Counted from the first letter of the stretch, positions 31,807-42,073 are shown. The stretch is DNA of 64,000 nucleotides from Candidatus Bathyarchaeia archaeon (GCA_049521795.1 JBEKOM010000001.1:192001-256000); one strand, 5' to 3'. A program made the numbers and translations. The notes: generated from the sequence alone by a model not told the origin.

Positions 31807-32358
31807 TCAGTGGAAGTCCTTGTAGCAAGAAGCATTTGTATTTATCAGCGCTAGATTGACTCGTAGCACGTTCACGTAGGGGCTGCCAAAAACCCACAGT
31901 GTGCCTTCTTGATTCTGATTCACTATATTTCTTAACAAATCGGCAGGAATTCCAGTTGCATCGCTTATGCCAGGTATCTGGGAATATGCTTCCTGAAGCG
32001 TAATGTCAGGATCGACGCCTGATGCTGAACCTTGAATGCCCACGAGCATTACCAGTTTTCTTTTTCCAGGCTGGTGCCCTCGTACGGCGATGTGAAAGCG
32101 AAGGGTTTGCGACTGGTCTCTCGTATGGAAGAAAATGGGCAAGGTGAAGTTTTGGGCTATAAGATTTGATCCGATAGCTTGTCCGTGGAGTTGCACGATT
32201 TCGCCGTTCGCTTGGTAGGGAAAGAGAACTTGGCTTATGCCCGTGATTAATAGTGGGAAAAGTATTCCGCAGATTAAGAGCGAAACCAGTGCTAATCCTA
32301 TAATAGGTTTGAGGTTCTTTAGGTTCCATTTTTCTTTTTGTTCTGTTGTCATAGTCAT
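31807..32358 (-). CDS. kdpC: K+-transporting ATPase subunit C
   Basis: FP.QANG, GS.LIAQ.F, SASGVDPDI, VNVL..N.AL. Confidence 0.9.
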   Translation of the reverse strand: MTMTTEQKEKWNLKNLKPIIGLALVSLLICGILFPLLITGISQVLFPYQANGEIVQLHGQAIGSNLIAQNFTLPIFFHTRDQSQTLRFHIAVRGHQPGKRKLVMLVGIQGSASGVDPDITLQEAYSQIPGISDATGIPADLLRNIVNQNQEGTLWVFGSPYVNVLRVNLALINTNASCYKDFH

Positions 32359-32364
32359 TCTTTC

Positions 32365-34548
32365 CTAAACGTGAAAGACTCCCACAAGGAGCAAATCTAT
32401 CAGTTTGATTCCTATGAATGGCACGATGACGCCGCCTACACCGTAAATTAAGGTGTTTTTAAGAAAAAGCGTCATGGTGCTGGTAGGTTTAAAAGCGATT
32501 CCCCGCATTGCCAGAGGAATCAAGAGCGGTATGATAATAGCATTGAATAGTAAAGCTGACAAGACTGCACTTTTCAAGCCAAGCTGCAGAACGTTCAAAG
32601 CTTGCAGTTGCGGTATGGCAGTGCCGAACAGTACAGGCATGATAGTGAAGTATTTGGCGACATCATTTGCTATACTGAAAGCAGTAACCGCGCCTCGAGT
32701 CATGAGCAACTGTTTGCCAAGCATGACGACATCGATTATTTTTGCGGGATTTGATTCAAGGTCAACCATGTTCGCCGCTTCCTTAGCAGCCTCGGTGCCT
32801 GAATTCATCGCCAGACCGACGTCAGCAACAGAGAGTGCCGGGGCATCATTTGTTCCATCGCCTATCATTGCGACAATTCTACTTTCAGCCTGCTCCTTCT
32901 TGGCGATGTTGAACTTGTCCTCCGGCTTGGCCTGCGCTACATATTCTTCGATTCCAACCTCAGATGCAATACTTTTTGCAGTGAGTGGTTGATCTCCAGT
33001 TATCATGACTGGGCGTATTCCCATGACCTTAAGAGCCTGAATTTTTTCTTTTATGCCTTGTTTGAGGACGTCTTTTAATCTGACTATTCCGATGGCTTCA
33101 CGGTTTCTTGCGATAGCTATAGGCGTTTCACCCTCTGCAGATATTCCCTCAACAATGAGGTCATAGTTTGGAGGGACGAAAGTTACAGTTTTCTTGATGG
33201 CTTCTGGAGCCCCTTTGACGATTTCAATTTCAGGTTCGATTCTTGCGGCAAATTCTTGTTCGGATACTGTTGAGGATTTTCTTCGGATTCTCAGTCGGCC
33301 TCGTCCTGATTTGTCACCTTTAGGAAGCCTTAGGCCCATGTGGGTTATTTTCACTCCGCTCGTGCGGGTGCTGGCTGAGAACGGGTAAGTTTCAGAAAGT
33401 GCAAGAGAGTTCAGTTCTTTTGGCACGAAACCTTTCTCATATGCTAGGCCTAGTATGCTGCGCCCTTCAGGGGTATCGTCGTTCCATGAGGATAGAAACG
33501 CTGCTTCCCCTACGTCTTCTTCTGATCTACCCTCAAACGGCAAAAACTCTATTGCCTGTCTGTTGCCAACAGTGATGGTGCCTGTCTTGTCCAGAAGAAC
33601 AACATCTGCGTCACCTGCGGTTTCTATGGCTTTGCCTGACTTGGCAATTATCAAGTGTTTGTACAATCGGGACATTCCTGAAAGCCCAATTGCAGGCAAT
33701 AGGGCCCCTATGGTTGTGGGAAGAAGGCAAACGTAGAGCGCGATAAGCACGGAGAGGTCAGCGCCCAGACCCAGCGTGACCGACATGCCTAGCAAAGCAA
33801 CTGTAATGATAGTGAAAATGGCCGTTAACCCAATCAACACGATAGTTATTGCAATTTCGTTGGGCGTCTTTGGTCTCTTAGAAGATTCAACCAGCTTTAT
33901 CATTTGGTCAATGAAGGTCTCTCCAGGGTTCGTCGTAACCTTCGCCGTTAAACTATCGCTTACCACTCGCGATCCACCGATTAGCGAGTCCCCAGGCGCT
34001 TTCCGAACTGGGGCTGATTCACCCGTGAAAAGCGACTCGTCAACCATGGCAATTCCCTCAAGTACATCTGCGTCTAAGGGAACAATGTCACCTTTTTCAA
34101 TCAGGATACGGTCGTCTTTTCTGAGCTCAGTTGATTTTACTGCTACTATCTTCCTTGTCCATTCTTCCGTTACAATTTTCTTGCTGGACACCTCGATTTC
34201 CAACTTCCGTAAGGCGCCAGCTGTACTTTTTGCCTGTTGCTCGGCAAGAGCGTCGGAGAGTGTGCTGAACCAAACTGTAATGAGGAGAATTGCGGCAACT
34301 TCAACGTAAAAGGTTTGCAGGTCGGAACTGGCTATCGGCCCGAAAGCCTGTGGAACAATTGCCATTGCCACAACAATGAAGAACGTGATTTCAACGATCA
34401 GCATCACTGGATTTTTGACCAGTGATTTGGGGTTCAAACGAACTACTGAATCGACTAGCACTTTTCTAGAGAAAGCTGACCTCAATCCTCCACGGGCTGA
34501 TTCGTTGCTTTTTGTTGGTGCCAAAGTTTTCTTGTCATCAGAAGCCAT
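32365..34548 (-). CDS. kdpB: K+-transporting ATPase subunit B
   Basis: KNPVM, TGES, PTTIG, DKTGT, GDGTNDAP, NDVAKYF; probable start 34548. Confidence 0.95.
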   Translation of the reverse strand: MASDDKKTLAPTKSNESARGGLRSAFSRKVLVDSVVRLNPKSLVKNPVMLIVEITFFIVVAMAIVPQAFGPIASSDLQTFYVEVAAILLITVWFSTLSDALAEQQAKSTAGALRKLEIEVSSKKIVTEEWTRKIVAVKSTELRKDDRILIEKGDIVPLDADVLEGIAMVDESLFTGESAPVRKAPGDSLIGGSRVVSDSLTAKVTTNPGETFIDQMIKLVESSKRPKTPNEIAITIVLIGLTAIFTIITVALLGMSVTLGLGADLSVLIALYVCLLPTTIGALLPAIGLSGMSRLYKHLIIAKSGKAIETAGDADVVLLDKTGTITVGNRQAIEFLPFEGRSEEDVGEAAFLSSWNDDTPEGRSILGLAYEKGFVPKELNSLALSETYPFSASTRTSGVKITHMGLRLPKGDKSGRGRLRIRRKSSTVSEQEFAARIEPEIEIVKGAPEAIKKTVTFVPPNYDLIVEGISAEGETPIAIARNREAIGIVRLKDVLKQGIKEKIQALKVMGIRPVMITGDQPLTAKSIASEVGIEEYVAQAKPEDKFNIAKKEQAESRIVAMIGDGTNDAPALSVADVGLAMNSGTEAAKEAANMVDLESNPAKIIDVVMLGKQLLMTRGAVTAFSIANDVAKYFTIMPVLFGTAIPQLQALNVLQLGLKSAVLSALLFNAIIIPLLIPLAMRGIAFKPTSTMTLFLKNTLIYGVGGVIVPFIGIKLIDLLLVGVFHV

Positions 34549-36193
34549 TCTGTAACCTCCTGAAGAATGATGAAATTGGTCCAAGCGCCAAGAACGGGAA
34601 GAACGTCAATACTACGAGTATGATGATGCTGCCGACAAGAACTATTGTGAATATTGCGCTATCGGTTTTGAGACCTGTGGTGCCGCCTCGTCTTCGCCCG
34701 ATCATGGAGCCTGACAGTGCAAGCAGGATTGCGATTGGAGCGTATCGTCCTATGAGCATGACGATACCAGTGGCTATGTTAAAGAAAGGGGTGTTTGCTG
34801 AGGCGCCTAGGAAATCGGAACCGTTGTTCGCCGCCGCTGATGTGAATTCGTACAGGATTTGCGTGTAACCCACAGAGTTTCCACCTACCCCAATGGCTGC
34901 CGCTGCGCCCGAAGCATACGCCATTACCGTGGGAATTAGGATTATGATGGGGTGGATTAGGAAAGTCACCATGACAAGCTTTACGTCACGGCCAGTGATC
35001 TTGATTCCTAAGTACTCTGGGGTTCTTCCAGACATTAGCCCGACGATGAATACGGTGATTATGATGTACATCACCATGTACATCAGTCCCACGCCTTTTC
35101 CGCCTGGAATCGACTGAATGAACATTCCCATTAAGCCAGAAGTTATAACCAGAGGATGCATGCCTGCGAGCGCAGAGTTAACGGATCCAGTTGTGGCAGC
35201 GGTCGTAATCACAGTGTAGAAATTTGACATGAAGCCTCCGAACCTCGTTTCTATGCCAGGAGCGACCAGAGGGATATTTGGGGCAAAAGCTATGACGAGG
35301 TTAATTCCGACAAGAATGTACGCACCCCACAAAAGGGGTCGAGCCTCTCTCTTTTTACCCAGTAATTCTCCGAATACGAAGATGAGTGCTGTGGGAAGAA
35401 GAAGCATCAAGGCTATCATAAATATGTTCGAGTAGGGCGACGGGTTCATGAGCGGGTAAGCGGCGTTGGCGCCGTAGAATCCTCCGCCGTTCGTACCCAA
35501 TTGCATTATTGAATCAAGAGAAGCAACGGGTCCGACGAGGATTGATTGTGTTGTACCTTGCAACGTTGTTACTGCTGTGGAAGCGTTAAGAGTCTGTGGG
35601 ACACCCATGACCACGAAGACAACCGAGGCTATGAGGCACAGCGGCAACAGTATTCTGGTTATGGTTCTGACGAAGTCTACGTGGAAGTTTCCCACGTTTT
35701 TAGAGCCGACAATGAATCCCCGTATGAATGCTACACCCATGCATATTCCGGTTGCTGCTGAGATCCATTGTAGAAATTGGATGGCGGTCATCTGGCTAAA
35801 TATGGAAAGTGTTGCCTCTCCGCTGTAGTGCTGAAGGTTAGTGTTTGTTGCAAACGATATTACGGTGTGGAAGGCTAGGTCCCAACTTAGACCTGGGAAG
35901 CCCAGAGGGTTAAGAGGCAACTTATCTTGAAAGACCAGTATTAGAAAAGCGATAACCATCTGTGCAACGTTAAGCAGTAAGCCGGCAAGAAAGTACTGTT
36001 TCCAACCCATCGGATGCTCTGGATCTATGCTGCATATTTTGTAAATAAAATTCTCAACAGGATTTAGGACTATGTCCAGACGGCTTGGCGCCCGCTTATA
36101 GACCCTAACAAGGTAAGGTGCTATGAGTTTCGCTATAAGTATGGTTGTCCCAAGTATGAGGACGACTGATATAGCTTGAATTGCATCGATCAA
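34538..36193 (-). CDS. kdpA: K+-transporting ATPase subunit A
   Basis: SF.TNTN.QHY, LGTNGGG, TTGSVN, GRTPEY, NNGS. Confidence 0.95.
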   Translation of the reverse strand: MIDAIQAISVVLILGTTILIAKLIAPYLVRVYKRAPSRLDIVLNPVENFIYKICSIDPEHPMGWKQYFLAGLLLNVAQMVIAFLILVFQDKLPLNPLGFPGLSWDLAFHTVISFATNTNLQHYSGEATLSIFSQMTAIQFLQWISAATGICMGVAFIRGFIVGSKNVGNFHVDFVRTITRILLPLCLIASVVFVVMGVPQTLNASTAVTTLQGTTQSILVGPVASLDSIMQLGTNGGGFYGANAAYPLMNPSPYSNIFMIALMLLLPTALIFVFGELLGKKREARPLLWGAYILVGINLVIAFAPNIPLVAPGIETRFGGFMSNFYTVITTAATTGSVNSALAGMHPLVITSGLMGMFIQSIPGGKGVGLMYMVMYIIITVFIVGLMSGRTPEYLGIKITGRDVKLVMVTFLIHPIIILIPTVMAYASGAAAAIGVGGNSVGYTQILYEFTSAAANNGSDFLGASANTPFFNIATGIVMLIGRYAPIAILLALSGSMIGRRRGGTTGLKTDSAIFTIVLVGSIIILVVLTFFPFLALGPISSFFRRLQNGF

Positions 36194-36419
36194 CTATTCC
36201 CAGACTCCAAAAAACAGCAAGCTGACTCACTATGGCTCCTTTCCGCTCCTTCCTATTTTAAAGGTGAAACTCACGTTCTTCTGTTAGCATTTAGGTCCCT
36301 TGTGAAACTCCAAGATTATAGCGGCTATTGTGCTTTTATGCCTTTAAACTTTATTTTCTTCCGTAGAACATCTCTGAACTCTTCGAGGCAAGATGCAGAA
36401 ATAATAGTGCGGAACTCCG

Positions 36420-36719
36420 CCCGCTATTCCGTGTCCAAGAAACCAATGTAAAGGCTTCAGGGGCATTCTGAGAACCAATCGGAAATTTAGGAGTCCTAGT
36501 CCTCAAGAATTCAAAACAGCTCACAAATAACAGGTAGTAATAGAGCGAGTTTTCAGCAGACTCAAAAACCTGTCAAGTCTTACGCAGCATCTCAGAGGAT
36601 TAGCCAAGGTAACGTTTCATTCTCAGCTCTGCGTCATTACGATGCTTCTGACAGCTCAAGCAGCTGTCAACACGAACAAATCAAGCAAATCCAGAAGCAT
36701 CAGATTTTTCGCGAACTAA
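36420..36719 (+). pseudogene. DDE transposase C-terminal remnant (IS4/IS5/IS1182-like)
   Basis: ...FKTAHK*QVVIERVFSRLKNL...LRGLAKVTFH...; in-frame stop at 36528-36530, no N-terminus. Confidence 0.7.
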
Positions 36720-36744
36720 TTCTGGAATAGCTTGTCCGCCGATC

Positions 36745-37182
36745 TCATCGGTTGGCGTCGGTCAAGGGATATCGAGTCATGGCATCGATTATTTCTTCAC
36801 TGAAGGTTTTCTTGCTAAGGTGCCTAGCAAAATCGGAAGTGGCTATAATACCGACCAACACGCCTTTCTTCATAACGGGAAGCCGCCTTATTTTGTACTT
36901 GACCATTTTCCTCGCAGCATCTCTGATCGAGGCTTCCTCCTCGATCGTTATAAGCGGATCAGACATTACCTCAGAGACTTTAGTATCAAGCGGTTTTTTC
37001 TGAACGATCACCCTTCTAACTAGGTCTCTTTCAGTAACTATGCCCTTTGCGACATTGCCCTCCATCACTACGAGATCACCTACATCCTGTTGGTGCATTA
37101 GCTTTGCAGCCTCAAGCACGGTCCAATGGACATCAATTGTGATAACGTTCGTGGTCATAAAATCTCTTACAGTTGGCATCAT
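36745..37182 (-). CDS. CBS-pair protein
   Basis: VRDFMT, GIVTERDL, IRRLPV, GII..SD. Confidence 0.9.
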   Translation of the reverse strand: MMPTVRDFMTTNVITIDVHWTVLEAAKLMHQQDVGDLVVMEGNVAKGIVTERDLVRRVIVQKKPLDTKVSEVMSDPLITIEEEASIRDAARKMVKYKIRRLPVMKKGVLVGIIATSDFARHLSKKTFSEEIIDAMTRYPLTDANR

Positions 37183-37249
37183 TTTACAAGGACTATAAAC
37201 CATCGTATAAAAGCTTTGGGACATCGCAATTCTGGATCGCAGTTCAAGA

Positions 37250-37465
37250 ATGTTAGCGCCTGCCAGCTGTGCTAAATCGATTTCTCTCCGTCAATTTTCG
37301 TTATCTTGCGAGCATGGTGATGCATCTAGCCTTTTCCAGCCTGTTCAAGCAAACCAGAGCAAGGGAAAGGCGAAGCTGCCGCGCGTTGACAAGTACCTAA
37401 GGACTCATGGCCCCGTTGTCGAGAAACAAATCCACAAACAAAGACGTGAATGGCATCGATCAACT
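37250..37465 (-). pseudogene. Possible decayed kdpA 5' fragment
   Basis: 37448-37465 matches the kdpA start 36178-36195 at 17/18 nt (MIDAIH vs MIDAIQ); patchy similarity downstream. Confidence 0.35.
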
Positions 37466-37527
37466 TTTGCAAAACCTCTTCCAGCTATGGCTTGGTCCCC
37501 CGCCAAAATACTTTAGCCCGGTCCTGC

Positions 37528-37797
37528 CTACTGACGTGAGCGGGGCCGAGGTCCTTTGTGTGTCTTAAGAATGATTGAGCTTACAGTGCTCTTGACACCT
37601 TTAATCTTCATCACCTTGTTCTTGAGAATGTCCCTGAACTCCTCAATGTCAGACGCTGAAAACAGAGTCACAATGTCAAACTCGCCCGTAACTTCGAAAA
37701 GTTCTTCGAGATTATCAAGCTTGGAAAGAGCTGCCACTACCCTGTCCATTTCTGCCGATTCTACGAAGATGTCTATGAAGGCGAGAAGTCTTGGCAA
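37528..37797 (-). CDS. Stand-alone Lrp/AsnC RAM domain, copy 2
   Basis: Near-identical protein to 31389-31652. Confidence 0.85.
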   Translation of the reverse strand: MPRLLAFIDIFVESAEMDRVVAALSKLDNLEELFEVTGEFDIVTLFSASDIEEFRDILKNKVMKIKGVKSTVSSIILKTHKGPRPRSRQ

Positions 37798-38042
37798 ACT
37801 TGATCATCTTCCCAACCGAACGAGCGCCCGTTGATTTATACCTTTGGGTACTCGGCCTGCCCTTCAAGAGACACTAGGACAAACGAGCGCTGGCTTATCC
37901 TAGACTAATCAATGCGTATTCTAGTACGTGGAGTCTCATATTTGTGGCCTCCGTCCAAGCCTAGGAGGTGGGTTCGTTTGGCGCCAAGCTACTGCAACCC
38001 AACGCATATTAGCTGATGTTGAAAATTAAATTCGATTGAAAC

Positions 38043-38744
38043 ATGAAGCGCTTGTCGGCGAAAGCTGTAGCGTTCACTGGGGTTTTTGCGGCTTTTCATG
38101 CCACGTTGTATCTAATTTCGCCGCCAGTTTTATGGCGAAATTGGGCTATCTATTTATCGCCTATCGAGGGCATAGTTCTGGGTCCCTGGGCAGGGTTCAT
38201 AGCCGCCTTAATTGGCAGCACGATAGGCAGAGTGCTGCTTCCCAGTCCTTTCTGGATGTTCGCGATAACTGCAGAACCGTTGAGTGTGATGTCCGCAGGC
38301 TTCTTGACAAGAGCCAAGTGGCAGCCGGTCATAGCTCTTTACGCCGTCATGCTCGCCGCATACTTCATCAGTCCCTTTGGCCAGTCGCTTCCGCTTTGGC
38401 CTATGCTGGACACCATTGCTGCGGTCTGTCTAGTGTACCCTGCAGGCAAGTTGAGTAAAAACTTGTTCAGTGAAAAGGTGAAACTTCTCCCCATGTCCAT
38501 GGTTATCGTGTCGTTCGTAACTGTGGCCGCGGACGGTCTGACCAGAGTTTTCCTGTTTATACCAGCCGGGCTGTACAGCAGTTTTCTGGGCTTATCCTCT
38601 GCGGATGCCGCAGCTCTGTTTGTAGCCGGCGGGGTTGACTCTTTCGTCGAAGATGCCTTTGTCGTGCTAATCGCTCTCGTTGTGGGTGTTCCAATTCTTT
38701 TGGCCTTACGGAAGGTTTTGGACCTAAGAAAACCGTTGAGTTAA
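38043..38744 (+). CDS. Membrane protein, ECF S-component-like
   Basis: About 6-7 TM segments, G.VLGP.AG..AA.IG. Confidence 0.6.
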   Translation: MKRLSAKAVAFTGVFAAFHATLYLISPPVLWRNWAIYLSPIEGIVLGPWAGFIAALIGSTIGRVLLPSPFWMFAITAEPLSVMSAGFLTRAKWQPVIALYAVMLAAYFISPFGQSLPLWPMLDTIAAVCLVYPAGKLSKNLFSEKVKLLPMSMVIVSFVTVAADGLTRVFLFIPAGLYSSFLGLSSADAAALFVAGGVDSFVEDAFVVLIALVVGVPILLALRKVLDLRKPLS

Positions 38745-38892
38745 GGCCTCAAGACCTTGCCTTCTGCAATTTAGGGACAAAGCAGCGTGCCAAGCAGTCA
38801 AACAAGCAGTGTGGTCAAAAGGACGCCTTAGAGCTGCATAGAATGTGGCCAAAACAGGTCAAAATTTGGAAAAAAGGAGTGCGATGGGCCCG

Positions 38893-40341
38893 TTAGAGTT
38901 TCAGGCCCTTTGCCACACGTTTGCCAAGCTCGGGATCAGCTTTCGTGAGATTGTTAACCATGTGTTGCTGAATCGGCTTGTCTGCTTTGTCCAGCGAATC
39001 AGTGATGTTATCAACTAAATGGTTCTGATCCTGTTTGCTGAGCGATTGATAGCGTTGGCCTGCTTGCTTGAAGTCGTTGGTCAAACTGATTTTCTGGCGT
39101 CCGATGGTGCCTTTGAGATTGTCACGAGTCGCGGCGGTGGCTGGTGCTTCATTTGGCATTCCAGCCGCCAGCGTGTTAGGTTCATAGTTGACAGTTCCTC
39201 CACCGTAAGGCGCGTACTGCATCGCTCCGTCGCGTTGGTTGTTGTTGACAGGTACCTGCGGCCGATTTATCGGAAGTTCCAGATAGTTTGCACCCAACCG
39301 ATGTCTCTGTGTGTCTGCGTAAGAGAAGATTCTGCCCTGCAAGAGCTTGTCAGCAGAGAAATCGATTCCCGGAACGATAGAGGCCGGACAGAAAGCAGCT
39401 TGCTCCGTTTCAGCGAAGAAGTTTTCAGGATTGCGGTTCAGCACCATTTTGCCAACAGGCATAAGGGGGAACTTGTCTTCCGGCCAGGTTTTTGTGGCAT
39501 CAAGCGGGTCGAAATCCTGCTTCAACTCATCGGCAATCTCCATGATTTGGACACACAATTCATACTCTGCTGTCTTTCCTGAGACAATGGTTTGGTGCAA
39601 GTCGCGAGTGGCAATGTCAGGATCCTCGCCTGCCAAGCGATTTGCCTCATGTCGGTCAATAGTCTCTATTCCTGCTTTTGGCTTCCAATGATACTTAACG
39701 TAGACTGCCTTACCTTTGGCATTCACCCACTTGTACGTATTGACGCCAAATCCTTCCATCTTCCTGTAACTCTTCACTGTTCCCCTGTCGGAAAAGAGCC
39801 AAGTGATCATGTGAGTTGATTCAGGAGTCAGCGAGATGAAATCCCAGAACCGACTGTTTGCTGACGAGCTTGTGGGGTAACCAGTGTCAGGCGCAGGTTT
39901 GAAGGCGTGCACCATATCGGGGAATTTGATGGCGTCTCGTATGAAGAAGACCGGCAAGTTGTTGCCTACCAAGTCATAGTTGCCATCTTCAGTGTAAAAC
40001 TTCACTGCGAAGCCTCTGGGATCGCGCGCTGTGTCTGCGGACCCTCGTGAACCGACAACTGTGGAGAAACGGACGAAGACAGGCGTCTTCTTCTTCGGAT
40101 CTTGGAGGAATTTTGCGCAGGTGTATTTTGCCATGCTCTTGTAGACTTGGAAATATCCGTGGGCACCAGCACCCTTGGCGTGGACCACACGTTCGGGTAT
40201 GCGCTCACGGTCGAAGTGTGCGAGTTTCTCGATCAAGTGCACGTCCTGCAGCAGCACGGGCCCGCGTTCGCCGGCCGTGAGTGAATTCTGGTTGTCGGAG
40301 ACGGGAACACCCTGATTCGTTGTAAGATGTTTATCTTTCAT
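38893..40341 (-). CDS. katA: Monofunctional heme catalase
   Basis: FDRERIPERVVHAKG, VGNN, RIFSYADTQ. Confidence 0.97.
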   Translation of the reverse strand: MKDKHLTTNQGVPVSDNQNSLTAGERGPVLLQDVHLIEKLAHFDRERIPERVVHAKGAGAHGYFQVYKSMAKYTCAKFLQDPKKKTPVFVRFSTVVGSRGSADTARDPRGFAVKFYTEDGNYDLVGNNLPVFFIRDAIKFPDMVHAFKPAPDTGYPTSSSANSRFWDFISLTPESTHMITWLFSDRGTVKSYRKMEGFGVNTYKWVNAKGKAVYVKYHWKPKAGIETIDRHEANRLAGEDPDIATRDLHQTIVSGKTAEYELCVQIMEIADELKQDFDPLDATKTWPEDKFPLMPVGKMVLNRNPENFFAETEQAAFCPASIVPGIDFSADKLLQGRIFSYADTQRHRLGANYLELPINRPQVPVNNNQRDGAMQYAPYGGGTVNYEPNTLAAGMPNEAPATAATRDNLKGTIGRQKISLTNDFKQAGQRYQSLSKQDQNHLVDNITDSLDKADKPIQQHMVNNLTKADPELGKRVAKGLKL

Positions 40342-40412
40342 AACGCGTACACCCCCTTTCTGTTATTGCATAACGTCACTGGTTCTGAAGGGCTTAAAGG
40401 TTTATTTAAGAC

Positions 40413-40429
40413 TTATTATTATCTAATAA
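40413..40429. promoter_or_regulatory. Candidate PerR/Fur operator
   Basis: TTATTA-N5-TAATAA palindrome between divergent catalase and Fur-family genes. Confidence 0.5.
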
Positions 40430-40434
40430 AAAAT

Positions 40435-40875
40435 ATGAGTTACTCCAAGAAATCAGAGGCATCGATAATCGAAGCTCTGCGCAAACGAGGATTCAAGGCG
40501 ACTCCACAGCGAATAGCCATTTGCCGATTGATACTCAACAATCGAAATCACCCAACTGCGCAGAGAATCTATGATGAGGTCAAGGAATTTCACCCCACGG
40601 TCAGTCTTTCGACGGTTTATAAGACACTTCAGATGCTGACGAAACTCGGCCTGATACAGGAACTAGGTTTTCCAGAAGGACAGGCAAGGTTTGATTCCTA
40701 TGTTGAGCCTCACATAAATCTGGTCTGCTTGAGATGCGGCAGCATTAGTGACATCGACGATCCTGCTGCGCGGGATATGTTAGCAAGAATCACTGCTACG
40801 GCCGAATTCACGCTGAGGGGGCAACGCTTGGACATCTACGGCATCTGCAAAACATGTCGCCGCAGAAACAAATAG
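40435..40875 (+). CDS. Fur family regulator (PerR-like)
   Basis: TPQR, HPTA, TVYKTL, RFD....H, CxxC...CxxC; start 40435. Confidence 0.9.
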   Translation: MSYSKKSEASIIEALRKRGFKATPQRIAICRLILNNRNHPTAQRIYDEVKEFHPTVSLSTVYKTLQMLTKLGLIQELGFPEGQARFDSYVEPHINLVCLRCGSISDIDDPAARDMLARITATAEFTLRGQRLDIYGICKTCRRRNK

Positions 40876-40898
40876 ACGTACAAGAGCGATGACTGAGC

Positions 40899-41177
40899 AT
40901 GTTGGACCTTTTCGATTTTTTGATCGGGTTCTGCGTAGTTTTTGGTTGTCTATTTTTTGTTGGCATTACTCGGGGAAAATGGGTTTCACAGAAAATGTGG
41001 GTTTCCTTATGGTCAACTGTCTCCTTGCTGTTCGCCATTTTCATATGCGTATCTTTTGTTCTGGAAACAGTGTTCTTGAGCTTCGCGTTAGGAGGCTCAT
41101 TAGGTTTTGTAATTGCAGTCGCGGCACACACAATACAGCATGCGATAAATGAAATTAGAAAATCAGACGCGCGATGA
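40899..41177 (+). CDS. Small membrane protein
   Basis: Three hydrophobic segments. Confidence 0.5.
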   Translation: MLDLFDFLIGFCVVFGCLFFVGITRGKWVSQKMWVSLWSTVSLLFAIFICVSFVLETVFLSFALGGSLGFVIAVAAHTIQHAINEIRKSDAR

Positions 41178-41197
41178 TTTATACACTTGATATGGTG

Positions 41198-42073
41198 TCA
41201 GTTCGAAACAACCGCGTATTCATCTTCGTTTTTTACTCCAAGCCCGAGGGCAGTTGCGCGGCGGATCTGAGTGTAGCTCCAAGGGTTGGCTTTCAGTTTG
41301 GAACCTTCGAAACTTTCAATAGCTTTGATGGATTCAACGTCTGTAGCTACTCGGTCTCCGGAAGCAAGAATGACGTTTGGGTTCCGTATCTCACCACTGA
41401 ATGGCCCTCCAGTTATGAAGCATTTTCTTCCGTCCATGATTACCAGGTTCGGATGCACGACTAGATTTAGATCGATAAGCTTCTCTTTCAGATGCCTGAT
41501 GTGAAATCTGTTTCTTTCGCTCTTCTTTGTGAACCCGAAGGCCAATTTCAAGCTTAAGGAGAAGTCAGCGCGGAAATGTGTCTTCATGCAGCAGGAATAA
41601 ACTATCTTGTCAACCTGCATCGCCCTCTCCGATAAGCTGACGCTTTTCAGGTATTCGCCGCCGACGTTGACTTTGACGTATTTTTCTTCATCGAAAAACG
41701 CTATCTCTGCACCTGAATCCTTGAGCGTGGCAAGTGTCCCAGTTCGTTCCAGCGCCTTTCTAGTGGACAGCGCTTGCCAAGAAGATTCTCCAACGATAAC
41801 TCTTCCAGCGTCATGCTCGAAGAGCAACTCAACTATCGCTTTGAGAAATTGCGGGTCGCTTGAAGCGGGAGGAGAATCCGCGCTGTTAAAATTGGGTTTC
41901 AGCAAGACTTGGTCGCCCTTGTCTAGGGCCTTGTTGAAACCGCCAATCAAATCAACAGCTTTAAGGATGTCCGCTTTAAGGTTTCCAGTCGTCGCAACTT
42001 TGCTTAGAAGGACTTTTCCATCTTTCGTAAACGGGTTGCTCGCAACTTTCCCTATTCCTTCACTGGATCCCAT
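41198..42073 (-). CDS. DUF362 family protein
   Basis: LLKPN, KTH, SLK..FG, MDG, D.VA.D. Confidence 0.88.
   Translation of the reverse strand: MGSSEGIGKVASNPFTKDGKVLLSKVATTGNLKADILKAVDLIGGFNKALDKGDQVLLKPNFNSADSPPASSDPQFLKAIVELLFEHDAGRVIVGESSWQALSTRKALERTGTLATLKDSGAEIAFFDEEKYVKVNVGGEYLKSVSLSERAMQVDKIVYSCCMKTHFRADFSLSLKLAFGFTKKSERNRFHIRHLKEKLIDLNLVVHPNLVIMDGRKCFITGGPFSGEIRNPNVILASGDRVATDVESIKAIESFEGSKLKANPWSYTQIRRATALGLGVKNEDEYAVVSN

Noticed and set aside
36194-36400. kdpF or kdpDE
   Set aside because: No suitable short hydrophobic ORF or two-component genes found
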